A stretch of 58,885 bases of DNA, counting the filler. It is 2 parts of 2 records of this genome, joined end to end, with 100 filler letters (N's around TTAATTAATTAA, not from the genome) between each part and the next. Parts side by side here need not be neighbours in the genome. Positions count along the whole stretch, not along the records: positions 1 to 30,301 come from SRR31156797_8688; positions 30,402 to 58,885 come from SRR31156797_8699. One strand, 5' to 3'. The position numbers were made by a program, and so were the translations under genes. Under the pieces are notes generated by a model that was given only the letters and a program-made list of their open reading frames with translations, was not told where the DNA came from and did no database searches. The number at the start of each line of letters is the position of its first letter. The stretch's first letter is position 1. Positions 20,474 through 30,735 of this stretch are shown one piece after another.

Positions 20474-22921
20474 ATGAAGTACGGATATTTCGACGACCAA
20501 AACAAAGAGTACGTTATTACTACTCCTCAAACTCCATGGCCATGGATTAATTACCTTGGTAATGAAGATTTCTTTTCTCTTATCTCCAATACCGGAGGTG
20601 GATATAGTTTTTACAAAGATGCCAAATTTCGCCGTTTAACGCGCTATCGTTACAATAATGTTCCGATGGATAATGGTGGAAGATATTTTTATATAAAAGA
20701 TGCCGATACCATCTGGTCACCGGGCTGGAAACCATGCAAAACACCGCTTGACAATTACGAATGCCGTCATGGTATGAACTACACCAAAGTGAAAGGTGAG
20801 AAAAACGGTATTGTTGCCGAATGTCTGTATTTTGTTCCGCTTAAAACCTGGGCTGAAGTTCAAAAAGTAACCTTAAGTAATACCTCTTCTGAAACCAAAA
20901 AAATTCAATTATCATCCTTTACTGAATGGGCACTTTGGAATGCAGCCACTGATATGGAAAACTTCCAGCGCAACCTTTCTACCGGAGAAGTTGAAGTGGA
21001 TGGTTCAACCTTGTATCATAAAACTGAATACAGAGAACGCAGAAATCATTATGCATTTTATTCGGTTAATGAAACGATTCAAGGCTTTGACACAGATCGG
21101 GAAACTTTTATTGGGATGTACAATGGCTTTGAAAATCCACAAGCGGTTAGCAATGGAAAACCGGGCATGTCAGTTGCGCATGGATGGTCGCCAATTGCCT
21201 CTCATTATTTAGAATTCACATTAAAACCAGGAGAAAGCAAAGATTTAGTTTTTGTTTTAGGTTATGTTGAAAATAACGAAGAGGAAAAATGGGAAAGCAA
21301 AGGGGTCATCAATAAAACTAAAGCCAAGGCAACCATTGCCAAATTTGATACGGCAGAAAAAGTTGATCAGGCACTTGCCGAATTAAATCAATACTGGGAT
21401 AAATTACTGGGCATTTATACGGTTAATACAGGTGACGACAAACTGGACCGAATGGTGAATATCTGGAATCAATATCAATGTATGATCACATTCTGTTTTT
21501 CCAGATCGGCTTCCTTCTTCGAAAGCGGAATTGGGCGTGGCATGGGATTCCGAGATTCCAACCAGGATTTAATCGGTTTTGTACATCAGGTTCCGGAAAG
21601 AGCACGCGAACGAATTATTGATATTGCCTCAACCCAATTCCCTGATGGCGGTTGTTATCACCAATATCAACCATTAACCAAAAGAGGAAACGATGATATA
21701 GGTGGTGGTTTTAACGATGATCCAATGTGGTTAATTCTTGGAACCACAGCTTACATTAAAGAAACAGGCGATTTCTCCATTTTAGATGAGATGGTGCCTT
21801 TTGATAATGACATGAGCGTAGCCAAAACCTTATTCGATCACCTCACGGTTTCTTTTAATCATGTGATTAATAACCTTGGACCTCATCAATTACCTTTAAT
21901 CGGAAGAGCCGACTGGAACGACTGTTTAAACCTAAATTGTTTCTCTAACGACCCAAATGAATCGTACCAAACTACTGAAAATAAAACAGAAGGTTCGAAA
22001 GCTGAATCATTAATGATTGCCGGGTTATTTGTGGTATATGGAAAAGATTATATTGAATTGTGTAAAGTTTTAGGAAAAGAGGACGAAGCTACTCGAGCGC
22101 AAAAACATGTGGATGCTATGACAGAAGCCATTAAAAAACACGGTTGGGATGGTGAATGGTTTTTACGCGCTTACGACTTTTTTGGCGAGAAAATTGGCAG
22201 CAACGAAAATGAAGAGGGAAAAATCTTTATTGAATCTAACGGTTGGTGTGCCATGGCTGAAGTAGGACTTGAAGAAGGTTTGGTTGAAAAAGCGATGGAC
22301 AGCGTTAAAGATCGATTAGATACGCCATACGGAATTGTGCTTAACAATCCGGCCTTTAGCGAATATATTATGAAGTACGGCGAGATATCGAGCTACCCTC
22401 AGGGCTACAAAGAAAATGCAGGCATCTTTTGCCATAATAATCCATGGATTATCATTGGTGAAACTAAACTGGGACGAGGAGAACAAGCCTGGGACTATTT
22501 CAGAAAAATTTGCCCTGCTTATCTCGAAGAAATAAGCGATTTGCATAAAACAGAGCCTTACGTGTATGCACAAATGATTGCTGGTAAAGATGCCTTTAAA
22601 CCTGGTGAAGCCAAAAATTCATGGTTAACTGGAACTGCAGCCTGGAATTACTATACCATTACCCAATATATTTTGGGAATTCAGCCCGATTACAAAGGAA
22701 TAAAAATAAATCCTTGCATTCCTAAAGATTGGAAAGGTTATAAAATTACACGACAGTTTAGAGGAGCTACCTACAACATAGAAATCAAGAATCCTAATGG
22801 CGTGAATGGTGGCGTAAATTACATGTATGTAAACGGTGAAAAAACCAAAGGAAGCACGATTCCTTTAATGCCGGAAGGTACTTATAATATTGAAATTACT
22901 TTGGGAGAAACTTTCGACTAA
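20474..22921 (+). CDS. GH94 cellobiose phosphorylase
   Basis: [39 protein letters not shown] (catalytic Asp), [22 protein letters not shown]; motifs resemble cellobiose rather than chitobiose phosphorylases. Confidence 0.88.
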   Translation: MKYGYFDDQNKEYVITTPQTPWPWINYLGNEDFFSLISNTGGGYSFYKDAKFRRLTRYRYNNVPMDNGGRYFYIKDADTIWSPGWKPCKTPLDNYECRHGMNYTKVKGEKNGIVAECLYFVPLKTWAEVQKVTLSNTSSETKKIQLSSFTEWALWNAATDMENFQRNLSTGEVEVDGSTLYHKTEYRERRNHYAFYSVNETIQGFDTDRETFIGMYNGFENPQAVSNGKPGMSVAHGWSPIASHYLEFTLKPGESKDLVFVLGYVENNEEEKWESKGVINKTKAKATIAKFDTAEKVDQALAELNQYWDKLLGIYTVNTGDDKLDRMVNIWNQYQCMITFCFSRSASFFESGIGRGMGFRDSNQDLIGFVHQVPERARERIIDIASTQFPDGGCYHQYQPLTKRGNDDIGGGFNDDPMWLILGTTAYIKETGDFSILDEMVPFDNDMSVAKTLFDHLTVSFNHVINNLGPHQLPLIGRADWNDCLNLNCFSNDPNESYQTTENKTEGSKAESLMIAGLFVVYGKDYIELCKVLGKEDEATRAQKHVDAMTEAIKKHGWDGEWFLRAYDFFGEKIGSNENEEGKIFIESNGWCAMAEVGLEEGLVEKAMDSVKDRLDTPYGIVLNNPAFSEYIMKYGEISSYPQGYKENAGIFCHNNPWIIIGETKLGRGEQAWDYFRKICPAYLEEISDLHKTEPYVYAQMIAGKDAFKPGEAKNSWLTGTAAWNYYTITQYILGIQPDYKGIKINPCIPKDWKGYKITRQFRGATYNIEIKNPNGVNGGVNYMYVNGEKTKGSTIPLMPEGTYNIEITLGETFD

Positions 22922-22940
22922 TTTTATTATAGTTTTCTTT

Positions 22941-22981
22941 AAAAGGAATACGTTTGGATTCAAACCAGATGTGTTCCTTTT
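22941..22981. terminator. Bidirectional terminator between GH94 and DUF1287 genes
   Basis: AAAAGGAATACGTTTGG/CCAGATGTGTTCCTTTT stem with G-U pairs, between convergent genes. Confidence 0.65.
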
Positions 22982-23561
22982 ATTTTTTATAACGATAATG
23001 CCCTATTATTTTAAATGCAAACAAACAGTCCTCTGCAACTTGTCCTGCTCCAATATTATGCACAATTAAATATCGCTTACTATCTGCAGATTTCCGATGA
23101 CTGACTATTCCAATATGAGTAACAGCGCCTCCTAAATTCCAACAGACAATATCTCCAGGTCGATAATCTTCCGTCTGATCAGACTGCGATAAAACCTCGC
23201 CATGACGACTAAAAAAAGTCATCAGATTAGGAACTCTTCGATGATCAATATTAGAATCCGGCCTTGTTAACCCCCATTGTTTAGGATAGAGCTGAAAATG
23301 CGCTTTCATATCTTCATGCACTTCCTTTTGCAAATCAATTCCTAATTTTCGGTAAGCTCTAATCACCACATCTGTACAAACACCTTTACCTGCAGGAATA
23401 TCTCCATTAGGATATGAAATAGAAAAATACGACGGATCATAAACCACCTCATCCTGCGTTAGCAACAAAGCAGCTTCTGATAGCTTTTGCGCAAAAGCAT
23501 CCTGCGCATGCAACGCCAAACTGCACACCCATACAAATAGTGTAAATGATATTGCCCTCAT
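22980..23561 (-). CDS. DUF1287 (YijF-like) exported protein
   Basis: YDPSY..YPNGD, GVCTDVVIRA, IDHRRVPNL, HIGIVS, HNIG motifs; signal peptide. Confidence 0.9.
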   Translation of the reverse strand: MRAISFTLFVWVCSLALHAQDAFAQKLSEAALLLTQDEVVYDPSYFSISYPNGDIPAGKGVCTDVVIRAYRKLGIDLQKEVHEDMKAHFQLYPKQWGLTRPDSNIDHRRVPNLMTFFSRHGEVLSQSDQTEDYRPGDIVCWNLGGAVTHIGIVSHRKSADSKRYLIVHNIGAGQVAEDCLFAFKIIGHYRYKK

Positions 23562-23713
23562 AACATTAAAAATAGTGAGTATTGTCTTCTCTGTGTATCA
23601 AACGCAAAAGCTGTTTAAATATTGAGTTTTACGATAAACCCAGCAATATTTTTCTTCTCCCTGTAACATTTCTTTCTTTTGCAGGAATATGATGCATTTT
23701 TAAACTGTCGCAC

Positions 23714-23890
23714 GCGTGTTTCACCTTTTGCAAGTTTGCAATAAGTAAAAACAAATATGTTTTTGTCCATATCAAATTGAAATAAGCTAAAACATGCGTG
23801 TTTTGGTCTTTTGCAAGTTTGCAATAAACAAAAACACGCATGTTTCTGTCTATATCAAATTGAAATGAGCTGTTGCATGGATGTTTTTAG
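23714..23890. repeat. Tandem ~82-bp repeat composed of palindromic subunits
   Basis: Copies begin at 23714 and 23796 and share CTTTTGCAAGTTTGCAATAA and ATATCAAATTGAAAT; perfect 15-bp inverted repeat 23790-23804/23831-23845. Confidence 0.85.
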
Positions 23891-23929
23891 CCTTCGTATG
23901 TTTTCAAATGTTATCACACATCATTTCCA

Positions 23930-23962
23930 AAGGTTGAAAATTTAGATAAGGTTGAAAATTTA
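23930..23962. repeat. 15-bp direct repeat upstream of ung
   Basis: AAGGTTGAAAATTTA at 23930-23944 and 23948-23962. Confidence 0.8.
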
Positions 23963-24007
23963 TTTTTCTCGGCTATTTTTATTTTTTTTGCCTCCAAACT
24001 AAATACC

Positions 24008-24670
24008 ATGGATGTAAAAATTGAAGAAGGCTGGAAAACATTACTTCAGGATGAATTTAACAAACCCTATTTTACGGAGTTAACTCATTTTGTGCGAGAA
24101 GAATATAAAACGCAAACTATTTTTCCTCCGGCTGCAAAAATCTTCAATGCATTCGACCTTTGTCCTTTAAACGAAACCAGAGTCGTCATACTGGGACAGG
24201 ATCCTTACCATGATGTAAACCAGGCACACGGATTATGCTTTTCTGTAAACGATGGGATAAAAATCCCACCTTCTTTAGTCAATATTTACAAAGAAATTAA
24301 AAGTGATTGCGGTGTAGATATTCCTGCCAGCGGAAATCTGGAACGTTGGGCTAAACAAGGTGTGTTACTTTTAAATGCCACACTTACGGTTAGAGCGCAT
24401 CAGGCGGGTTCGCACCAAAAAAAGGGTTGGGAAGAATTTACCGATAGTGTGATAAAATTATTGGCTAAAGAAAAAGAAAATGTGGTATTTCTACTGTGGG
24501 GAGCTTATGCCGGCAAAAAATCAGCCTTTATCGACCCGAATAAACATTGTATTTTAAAATCGCCACATCCATCGCCTTTATCAGCTCACCGTGGATTTTT
24601 AGGCAATCAACATTTTAGCAAAACCAACGAGTTTTTAAGAAGCAAGGGATTAAAGGAAATTGAGTGGTAA
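24008..24670 (+). CDS. ung: Uracil-DNA glycosylase (family 1)
   Basis: GQDPYH, GLCFSV, PPSLVNI, LLLNA, HPSPLS motifs. Confidence 0.98.
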   Translation: MDVKIEEGWKTLLQDEFNKPYFTELTHFVREEYKTQTIFPPAAKIFNAFDLCPLNETRVVILGQDPYHDVNQAHGLCFSVNDGIKIPPSLVNIYKEIKSDCGVDIPASGNLERWAKQGVLLLNATLTVRAHQAGSHQKKGWEEFTDSVIKLLAKEKENVVFLLWGAYAGKKSAFIDPNKHCILKSPHPSPLSAHRGFLGNQHFSKTNEFLRSKGLKEIEW

Positions 24671-24677
24671 AAGAAGT

Positions 24678-24714
24678 AAGACAAAAGACGTGGTTCCAAA
24701 TTGTCTTTTGTCTT
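24678..24714. terminator. Terminator hairpin between ung and the peptidase
   Basis: AAGACAAAAGAC/GTCTTTTGTCTT perfect 12-bp stem between convergent genes. Confidence 0.7.
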
Positions 24715-24750
24715 TACCTATTTCATTTTTTTTAAAACACCAACTGCATC

Positions 24751-26838
24751 CTATTCATTCGATAAGTAATCCATAATAAAAGCATACATTTCGGCTTTAT
24801 CCTGCAAATAACCCGAGTAAGTTGTTGCTCCGTGATGACCTGCATTTTTAAGTACACTTAAATAAACAGGATTTGTTTGTGCAGGTCGGGATTGAAGGGC
24901 TGCCACAAATTTATACGAATGAAATGGCGGAACCCGGTCATCGTGATCGGAAGTTACCACTAACATCGCCGGATAATTCTGCTCTTTTTTAATATGATGA
25001 TAAGGTGAATAATCCAAAAGCTTCAGAAAACTGGCGCTATCAGTAACCGTACCATATTCATCTTTATGAAAATGCCCAACCGTAAATTTTTCAAATCGTA
25101 ACATGTCAGTTGGCGCAACTTTGGGAACAACCAATTTAAATAAATCCGGTCGCTGCGTTGCTGCTGCTGCCACAACCAATCCTCCGTTAGAACCTCCCGT
25201 AATGGCTAATTTATTTGCACTTGTATACTTATGTTGAATCAAAAACTCGGCACCAGCAATAAAATCATCAAAACTATTTTGCTTATCATCTCCTCTTCCA
25301 TCCTGAGCCCACTGTTTTCCTTTATCTCCGCCACCTCTGATATTCGCAAAAGCAAAAACACCACCATTTTTAATAAAGTAAACTATTCCGGCATCAAACC
25401 TTGGCATCGAAATACTTCCAAAACCTCCATAGGCTTTTAAAATAGCAGGATTATTCCCATCCAGCTTTAATCCTTTTTCATACACCAATGTCATAGAAAC
25501 GGCAACACTATCCTCCGAAATATACTCCACTTGTTTTGTTTCTATATCCTTATAAAAGTATGATATCTCGGCAAAATGAACCAGTTCCGTCTTCATGGTT
25601 TCCAGGTTCATTTTATATTTGATTGGGGGAATGGTATATGAACCAAACTCAAAGAAAAAAGCTTCATCTTCAAATTCTCCTTCCAGATTCGACAAAGAGG
25701 TTCCTGCCTCATATTCTTTTTTGTACAATACTTCTCCCGAATATTTGTAGATCAACATCACAGGACATCTATCCGAATAATATGTAGCAATAAACACATC
25801 CTTCATTGGCTTCACATTCAATAACACCGATTTTTCCAGATTATGCGTAATGGCTCTCCACTGAGTAGGATTTAAGGGATCAATTTCTACCACAACACCA
25901 CAATTATTTTCTTGCGTAGAAATAGCAATAAACTTCCCATCATGTTTCTCCAGTATATTTAAACCGTATTTATAATTCATTACCAAAGGCCTAAAGCCAG
26001 GATTGCTTGCCTGATAATCTTTTATAAAAACATTCGTTACACCTGCCTGCTCGTTTTCTTCAGTAATAATTAAGAATCTTTCATCGTGCGACACTTTAAA
26101 TTCAAAAAAGAGATATGGATTATTCCGATGAAATACAAGTTCATCCTCACTTTGCTCTTGTCCTAATTGGTGATAGTAAATTTTCTGTAATTTGGTTTCC
26201 CCAAACTGATGATCCTGTTCAAAAGTGGAATAGAAAAACCCATCTCCCATCCAGGCAATATTCGAAAATTTAATACCTGTTAAATGATCCTTTAAGTGAA
26301 CGCCATTTTTTAAGTTGACTACTTTCATTTCAGCCCAATCGCTTCCGTTTCGATTAAACTGATAAGCTAAATATGCTGAATTACCGGATACTTTATACCT
26401 TTTTATATCTACAACATCATCTTTAGAAATATAGTTGGGATTAACAAGCTCGGTAAATTCTCCATTGTACTTTGATTTATAAAATAAGCAGGGAACTTCT
26501 ACACTACTATAAAAACCATAAGTAAAAAAGTACTTTCCATCCTTATGGTAGTTTTTGTTTTTATAGTAACCATACTGGTCAATCCACCTCCTTGCATTGG
26601 TTTTAACCAAACTTTTATTTAATGCCCGTTGCGAAAATTTATCCTGTTCTTTCACCCATTCCATTACTTCAGGACTTTGCGTTTTTTCAAGCCATCTATA
26701 GTCATCTGAAATAATATATTGATGATAGAAAGTATCTTTTACGGCAATTTTTGGTGTGGCAACCGGGCACTGCTGTGCATTCAAAATAAAAATAGAAGTG
26801 GATAAAAAGAATAATAAATTACAAACGAAGTGCTTCAT
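24751..26838 (-). CDS. Prolyl oligopeptidase (peptidase S9A), exported
   Basis: DDYRWLE, YGGF, NIRGGG, GGSNGG (catalytic Ser), DHDDRV (Asp), AGH (His); signal peptide. Confidence 0.95.
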   Translation of the reverse strand: MKHFVCNLLFFLSTSIFILNAQQCPVATPKIAVKDTFYHQYIISDDYRWLEKTQSPEVMEWVKEQDKFSQRALNKSLVKTNARRWIDQYGYYKNKNYHKDGKYFFTYGFYSSVEVPCLFYKSKYNGEFTELVNPNYISKDDVVDIKRYKVSGNSAYLAYQFNRNGSDWAEMKVVNLKNGVHLKDHLTGIKFSNIAWMGDGFFYSTFEQDHQFGETKLQKIYYHQLGQEQSEDELVFHRNNPYLFFEFKVSHDERFLIITEENEQAGVTNVFIKDYQASNPGFRPLVMNYKYGLNILEKHDGKFIAISTQENNCGVVVEIDPLNPTQWRAITHNLEKSVLLNVKPMKDVFIATYYSDRCPVMLIYKYSGEVLYKKEYEAGTSLSNLEGEFEDEAFFFEFGSYTIPPIKYKMNLETMKTELVHFAEISYFYKDIETKQVEYISEDSVAVSMTLVYEKGLKLDGNNPAILKAYGGFGSISMPRFDAGIVYFIKNGGVFAFANIRGGGDKGKQWAQDGRGDDKQNSFDDFIAGAEFLIQHKYTSANKLAITGGSNGGLVVAAAATQRPDLFKLVVPKVAPTDMLRFEKFTVGHFHKDEYGTVTDSASFLKLLDYSPYHHIKKEQNYPAMLVVTSDHDDRVPPFHSYKFVAALQSRPAQTNPVYLSVLKNAGHHGATTYSGYLQDKAEMYAFIMDYLSNE

Positions 26839-26955
26839 TTTAGTTTAGATTGTTTTGATTAAAAATATTACAGGCAAAAATATAATTCTCCTAACGTTTA
26901 TCATCATTTATATATAATTATTGTGCAAAATTTGGTTCCATAAAACAATAGTTAA

Positions 26956-27873
26956 ATGCAACAAAGTACATCTCATATATTTCTGGTGCGCCCTGCATCA
27001 TTTGGGTTTAATGCCCAAACAGCGATTTCTAATGCTTTTCAGCAAAAAAGCAAGCAATCAGCTTCTGATAATAGCCAAAAAGCCATTGAAGAATTCGACT
27101 TATTTGCCAGTCGTTTGCAGGAAAAAGGCATTGATGTCACGATCATTCAGGATACGGAAACGCCGGTCAAACCTGATGCTGTTTTCCCAAACAACTGGGG
27201 AACATTCCATCACAACGGAACGGCCATTTTATATCCTATGGCTACTCCGAATCGTCAGGCAGAAAAACGTCCCGAGATTATAGAAACGATAAAAGAAAAG
27301 TTTCAGATTTCAAGAATCATCGACTTATCAGAATATGAAACGCAAAACAAATTTCTGGAAGGAACCGGTAGTATTATTTTCGATCACGTTCATAAAAAGG
27401 CCTATGCCGGATTATCTCCCAGAACCGACAAAGATGTATTGACTGAACTCTGCAATCAGATCGGTTACGAAACAGTGCCGTTTACTGCTATCGATGCCCA
27501 CGGAAAAGAAATTTATCACACTAATGTGATGATGTGCCTGGCCGAAAAGTTTGCGGTTATTTGTTTAGAAAGTATTTCCGATGAAAACGAAAAAACGAAT
27601 GTGATAGAAAATCTGGAAAATACAGGACATGAAATCATTGATATTAGTCTTGAACAAGTAAATCAGTTTGCCGGCAATATGATTACCTTAAATAATAAGC
27701 AAGCTGACATTACGGTGATGTCGCAAAGCGCTTACAACGCCCTTACTCCAGACCAATTAGAAAGCATCTCTTTCTATTCAGAAATTTGCCCGATGAATGT
27801 AAGTACCATTGAAAAAATTGGAGGAGGCAGTGCCCGCTGTATGATTTCGGAAATATTTTTACCTGTAAAATAA
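26956..27873 (+). CDS. Amidinotransferase / arginine deiminase-related protein (CtlX-like)
   Basis: VRPASFGFN, PDAVFPNNW, LEGTGS, YHTNVMM, IEKIGGGSARCM (catalytic Cys). Confidence 0.88.
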   Translation: MQQSTSHIFLVRPASFGFNAQTAISNAFQQKSKQSASDNSQKAIEEFDLFASRLQEKGIDVTIIQDTETPVKPDAVFPNNWGTFHHNGTAILYPMATPNRQAEKRPEIIETIKEKFQISRIIDLSEYETQNKFLEGTGSIIFDHVHKKAYAGLSPRTDKDVLTELCNQIGYETVPFTAIDAHGKEIYHTNVMMCLAEKFAVICLESISDENEKTNVIENLENTGHEIIDISLEQVNQFAGNMITLNNKQADITVMSQSAYNALTPDQLESISFYSEICPMNVSTIEKIGGGSARCMISEIFLPVK

Positions 27874-28147
27874 ATTTCAACTCCTTTACCAAACCTATTC
27901 CTAAACCAATTCAATTTTAAGAGTGTGCTCCCTTAAATAGTCCTATTGTTTTGATTAAGCTCTATTATTTCTATATGAATAGAACACGGCATACCACTTT
28001 TTATATCTATTTTTGAAAGGATAAAAAAGCCACCTAAACAATCCTCACTTTTAATTCTATCAATTTCTGAAAACTATTTTCGTGAAATTAGGACTAAAAA
28101 ATGAACCCGATTGTATGTGCTGCATCAAAAATAAATTGAGCTAGTTA

Positions 28148-28837
28148 ATGAAAAACCTTTTGTACATAGCCGTCATGTCAATTGTCATACAAAGTTGTGT
28201 CAATAAGGAAATTCAAAACGAGCGACCGGATGCGGGAACCATTACTTACAGCATTAAATATCCTGAAGAAATTGCTGATCTTCCAACAACAAGCTTAATG
28301 CCTAAGCATATGAAATTTAGTTTTTGGCAGGATCATACCAGAATAGGACTCAAAGGAAGCTTCAATATTTTTGCACTCGATTTTTATTCTCCGTCAACAA
28401 AAGATTCCTGCTCTACGCTATTTCGTTTTATCGATAACAAATTGATACATACAGCGCCCTTGGCTTCCAATTTCTTTTTCTTTGATCAGGATATCAAACC
28501 CAGCATCAATTTAAACTATACCGAAACAAAAGAAATTGAAGGACTAACATGTAAAAAAGCGCAGATTTCGTATCCTAAAGGAGATCCGTTTTTTGTGTAT
28601 TATACGCAAGATATCAAACTAAATAACCCGAACAGACATACTCCTTTGGCTGATGTACCAGGAGTTGTTTTAGATTTTTATGTAGACTATAATGATATTC
28701 GCTTTCATTTTTCTGCTTGCAAAATAGATTTCGAAACACCGGAGCATAAACTCTTTGAACTACCTACCGACGCTAAAACCTCCTCTAAATCAGAAATCGA
28801 AGGTATGGTGTTAACCTTAATCAATAACTTTCAGTAA
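28148..28837 (+). CDS. Lipoprotein, GLPGLI-like fold
   Basis: Lipobox IQS-C; GTITYSI, ETKEIEGLTCKKA, YYTQDI, VPGVVLDF segments resemble GLPGLI-family proteins. Confidence 0.55.
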   Translation: MKNLLYIAVMSIVIQSCVNKEIQNERPDAGTITYSIKYPEEIADLPTTSLMPKHMKFSFWQDHTRIGLKGSFNIFALDFYSPSTKDSCSTLFRFIDNKLIHTAPLASNFFFFDQDIKPSINLNYTETKEIEGLTCKKAQISYPKGDPFFVYYTQDIKLNNPNRHTPLADVPGVVLDFYVDYNDIRFHFSACKIDFETPEHKLFELPTDAKTSSKSEIEGMVLTLINNFQ

Positions 28838-28970
28838 ATCCTGAAATCATCTTTACTTGAGATTCACCTTTCTTCTTTTATCTTAAGCCTAGAAATCAAG
28901 ACATAATATCCTTCCTTGAAAATCGTTATAAAAGAATCTGCTTTTTCATTAAAAAAGGGATGACATTTAT

Positions 28971-28978
28971 TAATTTTG
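28971..28978 (+). promoter_or_regulatory. Bacteroidota -7 promoter element of ftsK
   Basis: TAATTTTG matches TAnnTTTG, 37 nt upstream of the ATG. Confidence 0.45.
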
Positions 28979-29015
28979 TCTCGACGCAAAGCTTCTTATT
29001 AACAAAATATTTTCA

Positions 29016-30301
29016 ATGGGCATTAAATCAAAAAAACCTAAATCTAAAACAGCAAAGAAAAAAAGCTTAATCCACGATTTAAAAAACAGATTCACTGATT
29101 TCAGGGTACGTTTTTTCACAGGTTTATTTCTCATAGCCTACTCTATATTTTTATTGGTAGCTTTTGTTTCATTCATTTTTACCGGAGGAGCCGACCATAG
29201 CAAATTCAACATTCGTTTCTTTGAATTTATAATGGATTCTGATATTACCGTTCAGAATAAAACAGGAAAGTTAGGCGCCTGGTTTGCCGATTTATTTATC
29301 AACTCCGGTATTGGAATTCCTGCTTTGGTTATTGTAGTGGCGCTTTTTGTAATCGCTTTTCGATTAATAAACATCAAACTCACTTCCATAAAGAAAACCC
29401 TGTGGCATTGCTTTTTTACTGGAGCCTGGTTGTCTATTTTATTAGGTTACTTGTTTTTTGATACCGTTAATAACCATTACATTCTTTTGGGTGGTGAAAT
29501 GGGCTATTTTATGAGTAAATGGTTAATAGCTGCTATCGGAAATGTAGGTATCATCTTATTTTTGTTTTTTACTTTAATTGCATATCTGACCTTTACCTTC
29601 GAAGGTTTTTTACCTCTTATTAGAAAACCTTTCACTTCCAAAATCGCAGTTCCAGTAAACAATACTTTCGATCCGGCAAAAGATGATACCAGTTTGATTG
29701 AAGAAAAAGTGGAAGAGCCAGATCATTCTGATTCAGAAACAGAAGAAGCTGTAACTGAACCCCCTGCTTTTGACGAAGTGTTGTCGGTAAAAATAGATTT
29801 AGATGAAGAGCCGGAATTTATGGTAAAACAAATTTCAACTCCTGCAGATGATAGTATACCTGATGAAAAAATAGCGGTTGAACTGGATATTTCAGAGAAT
29901 AACGGCTCCGATAATGAAGAAGAACAAAACTTTACCATTGAAAAAATTGAAGAAGAAGAAAACTTTGAAGTAAAAGGAACACAACCTTTGGGAGATTATG
30001 ATCCAACGCTGGATTTAAGCAGTTACCAATTGCCTTCAATTGATTTATTGGAAGATCATCATGCCGGAAATGAACCGGTAACCGATGAAGAGTTAAACTC
30101 CAATAAAGATAAAATTGTCAATACCCTTATCGATTATAAAATTGAGATTAAGAGTATTAAAGCAACCGTTGGACCAACCGTTACTTTATACGAAATTGTT
30201 CCTGCCCCGGGTGTGAGAATTTCAAAAATTAAGAACCTGGAAGATGATATTGCCCTATCGCTAGCTGCATTGGGAATTCGAATTATTGCACCTATTCCGG
30301 G
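29016..30301 (+). CDS. ftsK: DNA translocase FtsK, N-terminal part (truncated by contig end)
   Basis: N-terminal TM domain, acidic linker, [51 protein letters not shown]. Confidence 0.95.
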
Positions 30302-30401
30302 NNNNNNNNNNNNNNNNNNNNNNNNNNNNNNNNNNNNNNNNNNNNTTAATTAATTAANNNNNNNNNNNNNNNNNNNNNNNNNNNNNNNNNNNNNNNNNNN
30401 N
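30302..30401. other. Artificial contig-joining spacer
   Basis: 44 N + TTAATTAATTAA (stop codons in all six frames) + 44 N; genes on both sides are truncated and base composition changes. Confidence 0.98.
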
Positions 30402-30735
30402 TGATGCCTTGCAGCTCAATGAGGAGTTGGGCCGTAAAGTAGGTATGGCTTCTGATTATGGTAATCTCGGTAATATCCGTCGAATTCAGGGGGACCTTGA
30501 AGGTGCTGAAAAATATTATCGTGATGCCTTGCAGCTCAATGAGGAACTAGGTCGCAAAAAAGGTATGGCTTTTGATTACGGCAGTCTAGGGACAATCTGT
30601 CATGCTCAAGGGGATCTTGAAGGTGCAGAGAAGTATTGGAGAAAATCACTTGTTCTATTTATTGATATCGACGCAAAATCTATGGTTAAAAAAGTACAAA
30701 GTTGGCTTGAAGGATTAGCTGCGAATGGTGGTTGA
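30402..30735 (+). CDS. C-terminal fragment of a tetratricopeptide-repeat protein
   Basis: Two 40-aa repeats (GMAxDYGxLGxI...QGDLEGAEKY); 120-bp DNA repeat starting at 30402 and 30522; open from the contig edge. Confidence 0.85.

Noticed and set aside
23615-23841. Two short minus-strand ORFs (69 and 70 aa)
   Set aside because: They lie over the palindromic repeat, have no recognisable motif, and are probably by-products of the repeat
23700-23895. Possible CRISPR array
   Set aside because: Only about two units; the would-be spacers are themselves repeated; no cas genes in the window
29016-30353. ftsK as a pseudogene, or a 445-aa complete ORF
   Set aside because: The ORF runs into the Ns and stops in the synthetic linker, so the truncation is an assembly artefact
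30302-30401. Horizontal transfer boundary or genomic island edge suggested by the GC shift
   Set aside because: The shift coincides exactly with an artificial N/TTAATTAATTAA spacer; no integrase, tRNA or att site
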